Shown here: positions 11,574 to 24,654 of the stretch, in pieces
How positions within the stretch are numbered: position 1 is the first letter of the stretch
How the letters are laid out: every line of letters begins with the position of its first letter
Source: Mantamonas sphyraenae STR306
Taxonomy: Eukaryota > Protista > CRuMs
Assembly: GCA_026936335.1 (NCBI GenBank)
Contig: JAPMXV010000048.1
Span: forward strand, 1 to 64,000
Direction: 5' to 3'
DNA length: 64,000 nt
Made by a program: the position numbers and the translations under genes
The notes under the pieces: generated by a model
The model's input: the letters and a program-made list of their open reading frames with translations, nothing else
Told to the model about the DNA's origin: nothing
The model's database searches: none

Positions 11574-14500
11574 ATGCAGGGGTCTGACAGCCGGTCTGAA
11601 GCCAAGAATGAGGCTACAGTCGATGGCATGGAGCTGGAAACTGACACTGGACTGCCGTCGGCCGAGAGCACCCTCGCTGTGCACAACCATCCGGCCACAC
11701 AAGTGGAGCCTGTGAGGGGTAGCAACGAGCCTGTGAGGGGTAGCAACGAGGCTGTGAATGAGATTGTAGTCGATGTAGACAACACTACAGTCAAAGTTGG
11801 GATTGGGGAAGACGCTGAAGAGCCGTCGAGCACAGCGCAAAGAAAAGGCAAGGGTAAACTCGGCACGGGCTTTGGTATGTTCGAACGCAGGTACAGGAAA
11901 AGAGGTGGCCCCGTGTACGTACAAATCGGCGAAGAGACGGCGCGCATGGGTATTGGCAACATGGAGTACCCCGGGTACTGTGAGAAAATGCTGCGATGGT
12001 ACCAGGAGCATGCAGCGGAGAACGTCGTGCCTCTGGCTGAGGCCACGTATGCCCAAGACATGGATCACAAACTGGTAGTTCACTTCCGGTATGATGGCGA
12101 TGAAGAGAACGACGGCGTTTACGTGACGCATACCAAGAAAGTGGTGCTCGAGTTTCTCCAAAAGCTGGTCGGCGAATACGAGGACGAGGACATCGAGTTC
12201 ATGAGCGTTATGTACACCATCATGGTCCGTCGCTCTGCTGACAAAGACGATCCATCTGTGTGCGTCCAGCTGGTTGTGGATTTGCGTGTGGATCGGGACA
12301 CCGCAGAGCGCACGCTGGGGATCCTGAAGGAAATTGAGAAGAAGCTAGGTGGCGTCATGGTGTGCTCTGAAATGCTTCTTCCCGAACGACACTCACCTTC
12401 CATGTGTGGCTTGAACAGCGACCACCCTGTGACTGTCCTTCAGAGATTCAAGGGGACAGTGCAGCAAAAGGCTTGGAACAAGTCGGTGCGGAAATTGGTG
12501 ATGAGCGAGGATTACAGCAAGCTACTGACAGCGTACAGTTCCACCAGTGCTCTGTGGCCGTACACCATGCAAGCTGAACAAACGTGTCCTCCTGTGCTGG
12601 CAAACTGGCTGCTGCACAGGCTCGACACGTCCGACGAGCAGAGCACAATGTCCCTGGACAAGTACGTGTCCACGTTTCTCACCCAGCATGCTCAACACGA
12701 AGGTTTGCGCTATTTGGGGAGGATCTTGGAGGAGACTGCGCGTCTGATACCAACTCGCCTTCCGAGCGACTCTTGCAACACTCAGACAGCCACAGACACG
12801 ATGAACACAGACGAAAGCGGAGCTTTTGACAAGACCTGGGAGGAAGCAGATGTACAGGTGCGCCGCTCGGCGTTTGGCAACGGTGCGGTGCGGCTAATCA
12901 TCACCGACCAAGAGGAGCGGACACAAATCCGCGTCACCTCTCTCTCGTTTGCCAAAGGTGTACGTGTATGTACGGAAAGACGAAAACTGGGCTGTGTGTG
13001 GAGGGAATCCTCGGCACAAGGTGTCCCAGGTACCAAAGTCGCCCGATCTGTGCAACTTGGACCTGGACACGCTGCTTGTGCTCATGAGCGCCATCCTGTA
13101 CAACATACAATCACAGCCCGCCCGAACGATGGCGTCGGACTTGGAGAAAGAAAGGGCTGAGAAGGATTGGCTGGATGGTCTCAAGGAGAAGATCCATCAG
13201 CAGGATGTGTTTGTCCATGCCGGTCGCGCAGACGACAAGGAGGTGTGGGCCAAAATCTCGCAAGACATGGATCATCTGCGCCGTGACTACGAAGGGCAGG
13301 ACGATATCGAGATTGAGGATGCAGAAGGCAATTTGCCGATGCTTGTTTATTTTGTGTGCGCACCAACGGCTCTGGGTAAGTCGCTTCTCCTCGCCCGTCT
13401 GCACTCCGATTACCTTATGCATGCCACAGATGGAGACGACAAAGAATCGGCCTTTTTGCAGTCCTCGCTGAGCATCATCTACCGGACTGCCTTGCTGCCA
13501 AGCCTGATGGACAACCTCCCGGGCGTCGTCTCGTACGATGACATCCGCAACGGCAAGCGCAGAAAGGAAGATGTGCAACACGTCGTCTCAACAATGGAGA
13601 GCATGCTGCGCCATGTGTACCACGAAAACATGGAGCCTGAGTTTGTCAATCTCGACGAGATCGCGCGGCTACCGAGCAAGCTCCTGGAACAAACGTTGGC
13701 ACACAACGCACCGGTTAATGCGACCCTCGGCTGTATTTTGCGCACATTCATCACAGCCAAGATGCTGTACTTTGCCTCGGCGGAGTTGACGCCGGAGACG
13801 GTGTCGTTTGGGGTTTCCACCATCCGCAGGCTGGTTCCCAACCGCAATCTGCGTTTCCGTGTCATCGTAGTCGGACGAGAAAAAGCCACGTGGCATGGAC
13901 GTGGTCATCCACCGCTCACAGGAGACGTTTCTGCAGCGCATGATCGCCGAATGGCAGCACCGTCCACAGGCTGACCTGGAGTTTCTCCGCGACTACCGCA
14001 TCTTCTCTGCAGTGGATGACCTTGAACGCTGCTGCGAGCTCTACACCGAAAACCAAGCCGCTGTGACAGACCGCAAACCCACCGTGTACTTGGTAAAGGG
14101 CAAGGGAGTGGACAAAACGGAACAGGACCGGAGCGTCCGCAACCTGAACGCCATGAGCAAGAGTACATTCAAGCGGATTCCGCTGACCGATTTTCACAAG
14201 GCACAAAGCGAGAGAAAGCAAGGGCTTTTCCGCAATATGGCCAGGAGCCAATCGGCAAAAGGTTGCGCAGATCACGACGCGACGTTTGTGACGAGCAAAA
14301 TCGTTGAAGGAGTGAGCGTCGAGCCCACGGCGTTCGATTCATTCTCTTTTCTGCGGAAACCCGACTTAACATCACCCATGATGGTTGTGCAGATGGTAAA
14401 CCGTGTGCGAAACGTCCCGAACGATGTGAACGAGGCGTTCTTGCGCTCGCAGATGAACTTGGTCTCCGTCGGACGGCACAAAGATTACGTCGCGAATCTG

Positions 14501-15080
14501 GAGCTTCTTTTCAAGCACAAAAAGGACTTTGACCAGTACGCCAAGCGTCAGCATGCCAAGGATAGGTTGAGCAACAAGAGACTGTTTGGAAGTCCCCATA
14601 ACGCCCAGCGGGACATGCACATGGGATCCTCAGACCCGTGCGATGTAGCATTCATGGTAGAGTTGCTGGCGAAATGGAGCGCAGCAGAAAGCTCTTCGTT
14701 TGATGCTCAGCAACTTGAGCGAGGCCTAGCGCACAACGGGCAGAACGTGTACTATTTCGACGCCCCAATCCCCCTGAGGGACACAGATGTTGATGGTCAT
14801 GCTCGCATCGTCCTGGAACCATACGAAAGCAACGTCCATGTCTGGACTGTGGACGGTGAAGTCACCCTACCCCAGCTACCAGTGTACGACGTCAACGTGC
14901 CGTACGGGCCGTCAAACTCGCAGGACGAGTTGAACGCCACAGATCGACCTTCCAAGCGTGATCGAAGCGATGAAGACGCCCGAGGGGTGAGTTTGATGAC
15001 AACGAGAACCCCGTCGCAAAACACCAGCGGGTTGAGAAGGATCAGGGGGAGCCAGACAGCAGTGAGGAGTTCAATGACCT

Positions 15081-15116
<36 letters not shown>

Positions 15117-16449
15117 CAGTAGCAGTAGCAGCTCGGGACACAAGCTCGACACAACATCAGATCTGTGGCGCTTGTACGTATCCACCGTCAAGCTTCGGTG
15201 CCAACGATATACACCGCCCACTTCAAAAGCGGAAAACAATGTACGGTGGTACGAGAAAAGGCGCCGCGGGGTCCAGCGGTTGGAGAAGGTCAACGAGAAG
15301 CTCCTGCGCCAGGTCGCGCAAAAGGTGGAGGAGTATCGTACCAACGACAAGTCAGAGGAGAAGTACAAGGAAGAATTGCAAAAGAACATGAAAACAGCCG
15401 AAGAAGGGGATGATGAGTACAGCGGACCGCAACCGGACATGGTGGACTTGTACTGCGGGATGTCACCTGCAGAACAACTGGGTATCTGGGAAGCGATCCC
15501 CTACCGTGAGTTCGTGGCTTTGTTGGACTCTCCCAAGGAGCACTTATCATCCAGTGGCTGGTATTCAATCCAAGACAACCGTTGCAAACGCCTTCAGAAC
15601 CTTGCCCTTCTGACATGCTCACAGAAAACGCTTCAATCTGCAGAGAAACTGAGCAGGAGAACTGTCAGGGAGACCTCGAAGCACACAAATGCGCTCACGT
15701 CGCGCACAAACACGTCACCACCGCACTATAGCGACGACAAGGAAGTTCTGGACCGCATTCTGGGTTTTCTGGGAATACCAACAACCGACGAGCTCCGGCA
15801 ACTGGAGAAGGCGCCGGAAGACATTGTGTTATGTGCGTACAACACACCGAACACGAACGACGACGATCACGACGACGACGACGACGACGACGACGACTCG
15901 ACGGACAGGCAAGTGGTCTCGGCAGAAACCCTGGCCGAGATCCGTGACGTTGTCAACACACATGTTGACTCGGCCTCAGATGGCTGCTTGCTGGCCACCA
16001 AGAAGGTGGACAAAGAATTCACACTGTCTGCTGTGAAAACACTTCTATCGAAAGCTGGTGTGCCCATCATGAAGAGATCGAAGAAAGATGGTGACGGTGC
16101 ACAGCCAAAATACGCCACGTACATACTGGCAGGTAAGCAACTGTTCGGCTGGGCCCAAGCGGCCAAGAATCTGCGGCGCCACTGGAAATGCACGCAGCAG
16201 GACAATAGTCAGTATTCCTCTGGCCGGGGAGAGGCGAGCGCCCAAGGTCAATGTCCGTGTAGCTTCCACGAGCTGGACCTTGCCAAGAAGTTTCGCCGCG
16301 GTGCGCACAGGTCAAACGATATCTACCTGGAAAATCCAACCGCCGACGATGAAACACAAGTGTGGAGTGAGAAGCAGCAGGCACAACTGGATAGGCAGCA
16401 GCACATGAGTTCGAGCAACTTGACAGGCTTTGAAATGATAGAGACATGA
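11574..16449 (+). CDS. UL9-like origin-binding SF2 helicase protein (left copy; frameshifts near 12940, 13880 and 14985)
   Basis: Four ORF fragments (581, 341, 498, 425 aa) that correspond to the single 1678-aa ORF in the right arm. Confidence 0.75.
11706..11758 (+). repeat. 21-bp coding tandem repeat (EPVRGSN x2 plus partial)
   Basis: gagcctgtgaggggtagcaac repeated twice, then gaggctgtga. Confidence 0.85.
15081..15132 (+). repeat. (AGC/AGT)n microsatellite encoding poly-Ser in the UL9-like protein (mirror ~52368-52420)
   Basis: cagcagcagc...agtagcagtagc. Confidence 0.9.
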
Positions 16450-16593
16450 GCCCAGCGCCTTGATTGGAGCGCTCGACGAACCCGCACCGTAGTCAAGGAG
16501 CAGCAGCAACCACAATAACAAAACATAAAGAATCTTTCGCAACCGCTTGCTTTTTGTTGGATACCGTCAGGTGTGCAGTCGCTGTCCCACATC

Positions 16594-17961
16594 TCACTGC
16601 AGCAAATGAAGGAGACAGAGCCAAGTGAGGAGGAGCAGGATCAAATGAACATGGTTGTGAGTTGCGTCGCTGGAAGTGGGTGCTGCCGTTGGAGTTGGGG
16701 TTGGGGTCGAGCTGTCCGGTGTGGGCGACGACGGCTCACTCTTGCCAACCACCGAGAGCGAGCAGTACCGGGTCGACGTGCTCGCATCCATGGTAAAGCC
16801 AAACACCACGATGGAGTCACCTGCAAGTGTCATGCCAGACACGTAGTGGTCTGGAGCCCAGGTTTTCCACCACTGGAACGAGCCGGTCGCGTCGTACCGC
16901 AGCACGGCCGAGATGGGCGTGGTTGTCGTGCCCTGCAGATACCAGGTTGCGTAGTACACTCCCGTGGAATCTACATCGACCATTGCAGGTCGGGGGAACT
17001 GGTTGTCGATCGACGCATTGGTACGATGCCAGTTCAGTGTTCCAGCAAAATCTGTTTGGTACAGCGTGGCGCGCCACCCAGAGTTCTCGGCCTTGTAGGC
17101 GACAGTGTACAGCTTGCTAGACGCACTGTCTACAGCGATGCTCTGGGCGTCGTAGTCTACCATCGTTGCCCCTCCTGTGGGCGAAGACGAAGGGTAGGCC
17201 ACGCTCTGGAGCACACCTGCAGACGACACTCGTGCCACAAACATCCGCGTCGCAAATCCAGACGGTTTCGGGTACCCTGGTATGTTGGTGGATGCACCGC
17301 CCGCTGCAAAGATGTCTCCAGAGCTCGCATCGACGCCCACCTCGCGCACTTGGTCTTTGCTGTCGCCACTTCCAAACACCGTGGTCCACTTTACCGTGCC
17401 GTTCGACGCACGCCGTTGCACATACATCGTTACCGTGTTGGCTGTTGTGTTGGCGATGTGTCCAACCAGAACCAGGTCTGACGCTCCCCACGAAGCCATG
17501 CGCAGCCCACTCTGGCTCATGTCCGAATCCGCCATCTTCCACACCACCGTGCCGTTGGGCATGACGCGACTGAGTTCTGTCTGCCCGCTCGTCAGGGATG
17601 GGTTGGTGGAGATGCGACCAAGCACAAACACAGAGCCGTCCTGCAGCACCACGTCTGACCCGAATGACCGGAAGCGAACGCTCCACTCCGTCGTGCCGTT
17701 CAGGGCCATCTTGGCCAGGAAGCCGCGCGCAACTCCTGGTCCCGAGTATGAAAGCTGGTTGGCAAGCGTGGTGTATGCTGTGTCTACAACATACAGCGCC
17801 TGCGCACTGGCGTCCCAACGCACGCCCGAGCGTGTCACCGGAGACGAAGCAAGCCCAGAAAAGTGGTCGTTGCACCCGGGAAAGGTGTACGTCTGTACAG
17901 CCAGTGTGGGTGTCGCACACAGAAGCGTAATGGTCAAGATGAGAAGGAAGAAACGCGGCAT
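16594..17961 (-). CDS. Secreted beta-propeller (SBBP-like) surface protein with P/T/S stalk and hydrophobic C-terminus (GPI-like)
   Basis: Signal peptide MPRFFLLILTITLLCATPTLA. Repeats such as NGTVKWTTVFGSGDSKDQVREVGVDASSGDIFAAG. PTPTPT stalk and LILLLLTWLCLLHLLQ tail. Confidence 0.8.
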   Translation of the reverse strand: MPRFFLLILTITLLCATPTLAVQTYTFPGCNDHFSGLASSPVTRSGVRWDASAQALYVVDTAYTTLANQLSYSGPGVARGFLAKMALNGTTEWSVRFRSFGSDVVLQDGSVFVLGRISTNPSLTSGQTELSRVMPNGTVVWKMADSDMSQSGLRMASWGASDLVLVGHIANTTANTVTMYVQRRASNGTVKWTTVFGSGDSKDQVREVGVDASSGDIFAAGGASTNIPGYPKPSGFATRMFVARVSSAGVLQSVAYPSSSPTGGATMVDYDAQSIAVDSASSKLYTVAYKAENSGWRATLYQTDFAGTLNWHRTNASIDNQFPRPAMVDVDSTGVYYATWYLQGTTTTPISAVLRYDATGSFQWWKTWAPDHYVSGMTLAGDSIVVFGFTMDASTSTRYCSLSVVGKSEPSSPTPDSSTPTPTPTAAPTSSDATHNHVHLILLLLTWLCLLHLLQ

Positions 17962-19246
17962 CGCGGACGGGGTGGTTTTTTCGTGCTTGAAATTGCTGCG
18001 AGTTGCGCACGAGTCGTTCACGTCGCTTTCTACCCCTCTGACAGGGTGGCAATCGCCTCTTTGTTCCGTCCGTAGGTGCATGCTCTGCATGGTTGTGTTG
18101 GACATCCGTCTGTGGCCCTGTGTCCGGCTTGTCACGCAGTCGCAGGAGAAGCGGCTTGGTGTCAGGGCTTGCGCGGGTTTTGCCCTCCCAGGTCGCGTTG
18201 GAAGCCTGTTGCGCGGCGTTTCTGACCCGAAGATCGGTTAGAGGTTGGATCGAACACCTACAAGCAGCTTTCAGGTGTCACAGGTGTCTCTGATGGCCTA
18301 CGGTGGAGCTTGGCAAGGTAGGGTCAATCTCCGACCAGTGCGATCTGGATGTGCAGGGTGCATCAGGCAAGATCCGCTGTGGCCGACTCCTTGGCTGCTC
18401 TTCCATGCCTGGTGTGAACTCTATTGGAGCGCACAGTTGTTAGCATTGGGAGCAGAGTTGGAGTCGACCGATCGATTCACGGTAGACGTGGTCCAATCGA
18501 GCCATGCGCAGTCCGGGTCGCGTTTGCTCATCTCAGGTTTCTCGTTTCGCCACCACCTCAGCTGTGCGGTCTACTTCAAGAAATGGTATGGACAGCATTG
18601 GCTCCACAGGCGCCGGAGGTTGGTGCGTGAGGACCAACTTCGCCCAGTCGGCTCTTCTGGTGCAGGAGGCTCACCCATCCAAAGAACGATCCTTGGGATC
18701 TCCCAAACCCATGGGTTGCTTCATACAGACGGTGGTATGGACCGTGACCATTTGAGGGACAGGCTCGGTGGGCACGTTTGATTGCCGTTGTGCAAAAGGG
18801 AATCTGACCAGGCTGGGATGGTGTGAGGATGTCGCTTTGCTCTGCCCACCGAAAACCGTGCAATGCAGAAGCTACAACTGTCGTTGCACCCACAGCAAAG
18901 TGAGATCCATCTGGAGAGGGTATCCAAAGCAAGGGCACAGCCGACACACGATGACGAATCACTTGCCGAAACAACCCCTCCAAGGAGCCCAGACAGCACT
19001 TTGAGAGTCGCAGACAACGGCTGCACTGTGCTCACAATCATTCTATCACTCCAGTCACTCCTGGTGTTACTCCAGGTCACACATTCTGCGCACAGCTTGG
19101 AGGTGGATATTGTACGATATTGCGCGATTTTGTACAAACCCATCCTTCTTGGGATACTCTCGTTTTCTCGTTTTGCGTATACCGACTGGATATCTCAGAG
19201 GACGAGGGATCAAAGTGGACAGGGTAAGCAACGATTTTACGTGTCT

Positions 19247-20669
19247 TTACCACGTGCCTTGCATGTGGGCAAGCGCCGCAGAGGCCATCAGCATGACGAG
19301 CAGCGCACCGGCCGTTGGGCCACTCGCATTCTGGGACGAAGCGCTCGCACTGGGAGAGGTTGTGGCTGTGGGCGTCGGGGTCGGTGTGGCAGATGCACCA
19401 GGAGTCGGAGATGCGGACGGACTGGGACTGGGCGCATACTCAGTCGTAAACATGTCGCTTTTGCCAGCGCTCTGGAATCCAACTGCAATGAACTGATCCA
19501 CCTTGCCTGTCACCATCAGCGCCCCGTCGGACAGGAATCGAGTGTTGTAAGGAGTCGGTGTAGTGTCCCATCGGGATGCCAAGATCACGGTCCCGTTGGG
19601 ATCCATCTCGATCAGCGCGCGTTTGAAGGGAAGGTTGTTGTCTGGGATGGTTCCTGCATAGTACAGCTTGCCATGGTGGGCAACCAGGTTAGTGTCTGCT
19701 TGGATGACCCCGTTCACTTGAGTGGATGACACAAACGTGCCATTCGTGTGGTGGCGCATCAACAAGGGTTTGGACACGGGACTGCCCTGGTTGCCAATCG
19801 TGTACAACAGACCATCCGAGAGAAGCACCATGCCTCTGGGAAGTACAGGTGTCGTGTAGTTGCTCTGCCACACCCACTCGCGGTTGCCTTGCGGGTCAAG
19901 CTTCATCAGAAAGCCGTGGTTGGCGTTGCTGTACGTTCTGTTCTGGTTCGTGATGTCTCCGCTGGTGCGTCCGCCTACGTAGATTGCGTTGTTGATGATC
20001 TCCATCGTCCACACGCTCTCACTCTGGCTGTTGCCCATGTAGGGGGTGCTGTAGAACTGCCTGGACCACAGGATCTCCCCGTTCTGGTCCAGTTTTCACC
20101 ACCAACACGTCTTGCAGGTTAGGATTGCCACTTGTCATGTTCATGAACGAACCAAACACGCTGCCAGCAACGTAGATGTTGCCCGAGGCGTCCATCGCTG
20201 CGACGTCTGCGTAGTCCGTTGCTTCGACTCCGAACTGCTTGTTCCACAGAATGGTGCCCGTCGGAGAGAGCTTGCTCACCACCAAGTCTCGATCGCCTTT
20301 TAGCGTGAAGCCAGGCAAGGAGCCTCGTGTTTGGCCAAACACATACAGGTTGTCTTGCGAATCTACCACTGCACTGACGAGCTCATCTTCTCTGTCAGTG
20401 CCCCACTGCCTGCTCCACACACGTGTCCCGTTACGGAACATGCGTGTCACGTAAAAGTCGGCGTCGCCAGCATTTGTGTAGCCATCCAGGCTGCTTTTGG
20501 TCCAGCCCGAGATGAACACGCTTCCGTCGCTTGCTTCGTTCACACAACGAGCGTAGTCGTCCTCAGGTCCGCCCCATTGAGCGTTTGTCACTGTCTGACG
20601 GGATGGTCCAGCAAGTAGGATGAGAGTCGCTGCCAGAGACACGATAGAGAGTAGAGATGCCTTGGTCAT
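19247..20669 (-). CDS. SBBP-repeat beta-propeller surface protein 2 (left copy, 1-bp frameshift near 20093)
   Basis: Split ORFs 20019-20744 and 19247-20038 equal the intact 46830-48251. Confidence 0.8.
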
Positions 20670-21684
20670 CGTGCGCGGTGTGTTTTGAAAATTGCCCAAC
20701 CCGGCGCACTGAGGCCAATCAACATGCATGTGGATACATGGCATAGTATGCAGTGATCTGGTATTCTCTCACCGATAACCACGTTGGACCGTCGCTGTGG
20801 CCACAGCGCTGTGGTCTTTCGATCCCGTCAAGCTGGTTTTACCCTCTTTCCAGGTTGGCGTATGCTCGTTCTGCACTGTTAAACACGCTGGGAGTGGTTG
20901 ATATCTCCATTTGGTCTCCTAGCAGACGGTTCGAAGAGTCAGCCAGTACAGAGCGAGAGGTTGACCCGGTGTTGTTCACCAAATGCTCCCAAGCGGCGTT
21001 GCAACTTGGTGACGCATCCGAGACGGATATCCATCGGTGCAAACACTTCCAGCAACGTCGTTTCTGCACCTACACACTATTGAACCTGTGAGCTGGCTGG
21101 CTTCACAATTTCTGCTGCTGCGTGCATTCGAATCTCTGCCAGCGGGCTGGACACACTAAACACAGGCCGGAGTGAGGTGAGTGGTGAGTTTCCCATCACA
21201 ACACGCATCGGCCGAGTACATGTCAACGGAGAAGGTGCGGTTGCGGAACACCATGCAATGTGGTCCCAAAGTGTTGCTGGTGACGTGGGCGCTTCATTTT
21301 TTGAGGTCGGGAAATTGGTCACCCCAAAGGGTGACTGTCGCTACGGGTGGCTTCAACGCAGACATCTCGCCATATGTTTGGTGTTTGATGGCTCCGATGG
21401 AACCGGTGAGTTGTGCTGTAGTTCTTGTTGCGTTTCTCAGGTGTGTCGTTCCTCGCACACGATCAGCCCACTGTGCTCTCATGGCATGTGCTTTCTATGG
21501 ATTGAGAGGGTGAGCACAGCCCATACAAGGCAGAATCACCATCGAAAACGGGGTTTGGGTGTGGCCATTTCTTCCTCCAAATCAATGGGTGGGCAGACTC
21601 GTGCATTTGGATAAAATCGTAGAATTGTGTTCAAACACCACGAGGAACACCTTTCGAAAGAAACTTCGTCAGCCATGCTGCCGA

Positions 21685-22602
21685 TCATGGGTCCTTGGAC
21701 ACTGAGATGGATTCGTGCGCACTCTGTGTACACTCTTGGACCAGCTCATCCCACAGACTCATCACCAGGTTGATGTGCAGCGTGTACGCCGTTGACTTCT
21801 GCACAGCCTCCGTGTGCGTCAGCGCAATGTTTACCACTTCCTGCAGAACCTGTGTGTCCACAAACTCTATCTTGGCCAGATGTGTCGCCATCACACGACC
21901 CAGTTGATCCGAGGCGACCACAATTCCAACCGACACCACCTCCTGCAGAAGAGCACGCATCAGATCGATTGCCGACGTCCCTTCATGCACTGTGATCGCG
22001 GTAGACAGGGACACAGCCAGCCATCCTTGCAGCGTTTCATCCACCGTTGGCGTCACGACAACCTCCACATCCATCGTGTCGAGGCTGGACGTTTCGGCTG
22101 CCACGCAAAGTGTGTCCGATACACCTTCCCATGTGCACGGGCGCGGTGCGTTGCTTCGAGCAAAAGCCGCCATCTCCTGGAGAAGAAGCCCTGCGCCGTC
22201 TTGGTTGGCTTGCGTGATGGCGCCAAAATCGAGGATGCGTCTGACGAACGACTTTACGCGTTCACGCGGCTCTGTGTGGCTCCACACCATCTCTCGTTCA
22301 GGTGAGATAGTCCAAGTATGTCGTGAGCGAGACGCAAACGTGCAATGGAATGCAGGAGGGCGTGGTACCACGGTGTACATGTGGTTCATGAGCTCCTCCC
22401 GTGTTTCCTCATCCACTCCCGGATTGCTCAGGTACTCCACCAGGTGCTCCATCTGGTCATCCAGGATGAACTGAAAGATGGGTTCATCCTGCACACGCGA
22501 GCGCTTGAGAGGCTGTCTTTCCTGGGCGTGTGCGGACGGCTGATCTTGCGTTGCTTCTGCATCGTCCAGGTCGCGCTTGCCGTGTGAGCCTTGCCGCGAC
22601 AT
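21685..22602 (-). CDS. Orphan protein (~305 aa) with NLS-like PLKRSRVQ; possible further 3' exons
   Basis: Protein-like ORF identical in both arms; likely start MSRQGSHG. Confidence 0.6.
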   Translation of the reverse strand: MSRQGSHGKRDLDDAEATQDQPSAHAQERQPLKRSRVQDEPIFQFILDDQMEHLVEYLSNPGVDEETREELMNHMYTVVPRPPAFHCTFASRSRHTWTISPEREMVWSHTEPRERVKSFVRRILDFGAITQANQDGAGLLLQEMAAFARSNAPRPCTWEGVSDTLCVAAETSSLDTMDVEVVVTPTVDETLQGWLAVSLSTAITVHEGTSAIDLMRALLQEVVSVGIVVASDQLGRVMATHLAKIEFVDTQVLQEVVNIALTHTEAVQKSTAYTLHINLVMSLWDELVQECTQSAHESISVSKDP

Positions 22603-22651
22603 CTTGAAATACCACCGTTGTTGTGTTGCATGCACAAGCGCTGCTGGTCCC

Positions 22652-24266
22652 TCACCTGTCGCTCGTCATTGTGTGAAGATGTGCTGTGGTCCGTGTGGTC
22701 GAGTGAACTTCCAGTTCCCACACCCTGCGTGAGCCCACCGTGTCGTGTGGGGAGCCAAGATCCGAGTAAAAATGGCACTGTGGCGTGAGGCTGTGTACCA
22801 CCAGACACACAATCCCCTTGTACGTCAGGCCCATTGCTGCCGTGACGACTTGGGTGTAGTTGACACGTCCTTTGGGTGCGTGTGCACACACGAGGTACAT
22901 CGTTGGGGCGGCAATGGCGGTTGATGTCTCAGATTCCTTCAGAAGCTCGGCGGCGGTGGAGAGTACGCAGCAGTGCCCCTCATACCGCTTGGTGAGGAAG
23001 CAGGCCAGCGATTCAAACAAACGAACGTGTGTTTTGGAACTCACCACCAGCAATCGCTTGGCCATGCGGCTTTCGTACAATGCAGCCAGTTGAAGTGTCA
23101 CGTAGGATCCCAAGCGAGTCAGGTGGACCTGCTCCAGCCGTTGAGTGTGAGGGGCGTCCCCGATGTCCTGTTCGCCAGACGTGTCGCCCTCGCAGTAGTC
23201 CCAGGTCAACTCTTCGCCAGCAGCGATGTCGCGCTGTGTCACTAGCCACCCTTCGCCGTCCTGCTCGATCATCGCGCAGTTGGGGGCTGCGCTGCTGTTC
23301 AGGAACGGAGCCAAACCCGGAACTGGACGGACCACATCGCCGCTCTCTCTCAATGTGAGCAGCAGCAGCGGTTTGTCTTGGTTCTTTGATACTTGTTCAT
23401 CATCGTCCAGCGCAGCCACCTGCTCGTCGGACAACACGTGCCCTCGGTACGGCATCAGCGTTGTCCCTTGGACGAGTGCGTGTGCTGCCAACACATGCAG
23501 TCCCTTTGTTCGTGTGTAGGCCAGTGCCAGGTGTTTCCTCACCGACTGGCACACACCCAACCACGTCGTGTCGCTGTCGTCCTCACTGCACTGTGCGGTG
23601 CGGAGCGGGACAATTGTTGGCTCTTCCAGCAGGCCCAGCACCTGCGTCTGGCACGTAAACACATCCACCCCTTCTTCACGTAGAGCGTCATACACAATTC
23701 TGAGTCGGAGGGTGATTTGACGGGCACGGGCGGCTCCCACACGGTCTTGCAACCAGGCTAGAAACCAAGTCAACGCGGCAGGCGAGGCCAAGCAGGGAAA
23801 CGGAGCCAGTCTGACGCCTCCGTACACCCAACACGCCCACAAACATCTCTGCTGCAGACTTGCTGGATAGTAAAGGGATAGAGTGGGTCGCAGAGAGCCG
23901 AGCAAGGTCATCGTGGGTGTCGAGGAGGGTGGCAAGTGCTGCAGTTGTGTTGGACACGCGCGACCATGCGAAACGTGCAAGGTGGCTGCACACTGCGTCT
24001 ATGCTCAGGTGTCCATGCACAGCGAGGGTCACCAACGACGTCACAAGGTGTCCGACATACAAGGTGCCTGCCAAGAACTCGCGCTTTTGGTACGCGCGCG
24101 CGCGGAGTGAGTTCACACCACGCGTCAGCTCGGGTAGGTACTCGACACGCTGCCGTTTGATGGCAGGTGAGGTAGGAGTAGATGTCGACCCCCTGCGGCG
24201 TTTGGCATGGGACATGAGTTGGCGGATGAGGCGCACAGTGCTACTTGCTACTTGGGAGGGCGACAT
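22652..24266 (-). CDS. SET-domain protein (left copy, 1-bp frameshift near 23838)
   Basis: Split ORFs 23688-24368 and 22652-23980 equal the intact 571-aa ORF in the right arm. Confidence 0.75.
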
Positions 24267-24654
24267 GTCAGTGTTTGAGCGAAATGGGGGGTTTGCGTAC
24301 AAACGAAACCGTCTCTTGCACGGCTTGCTCAGACGAAACAGGCACCCTGGTTGGGGAGAAGTTTGCACAAATCCGGGTGAGTTCGGGACTGCCTGTTTGG
24401 ATGAAGTTGGCAGTGTTCATCGATCCACCCACGGACACAGAGATCTTGTTCACCGATCGCTCGAGCGAGGATGCCTGGATAGGAGGGTGTCCAGAAACAG
24501 TGCCAGATAGATGCAGAGTACTAAAACACTGGTCACTTGAACCAATGGGCCCAGGTTGTTGTCTCTTGGCTTGTTTGGGTGGGGTGGGATCTGGCGAACA
24601 AAATGGCGCAATTTTGGTGTTTTGCCAGGCCGCGAGCGTCCAAGCAAACCGACA

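Noticed and set aside
7791-24368. Left-arm genes as pseudogenes or programmed frameshifts
   Set aside because: The breaks are small indels, mostly at homopolymers, and the mirror copy is intact, consistent with long-read errors.
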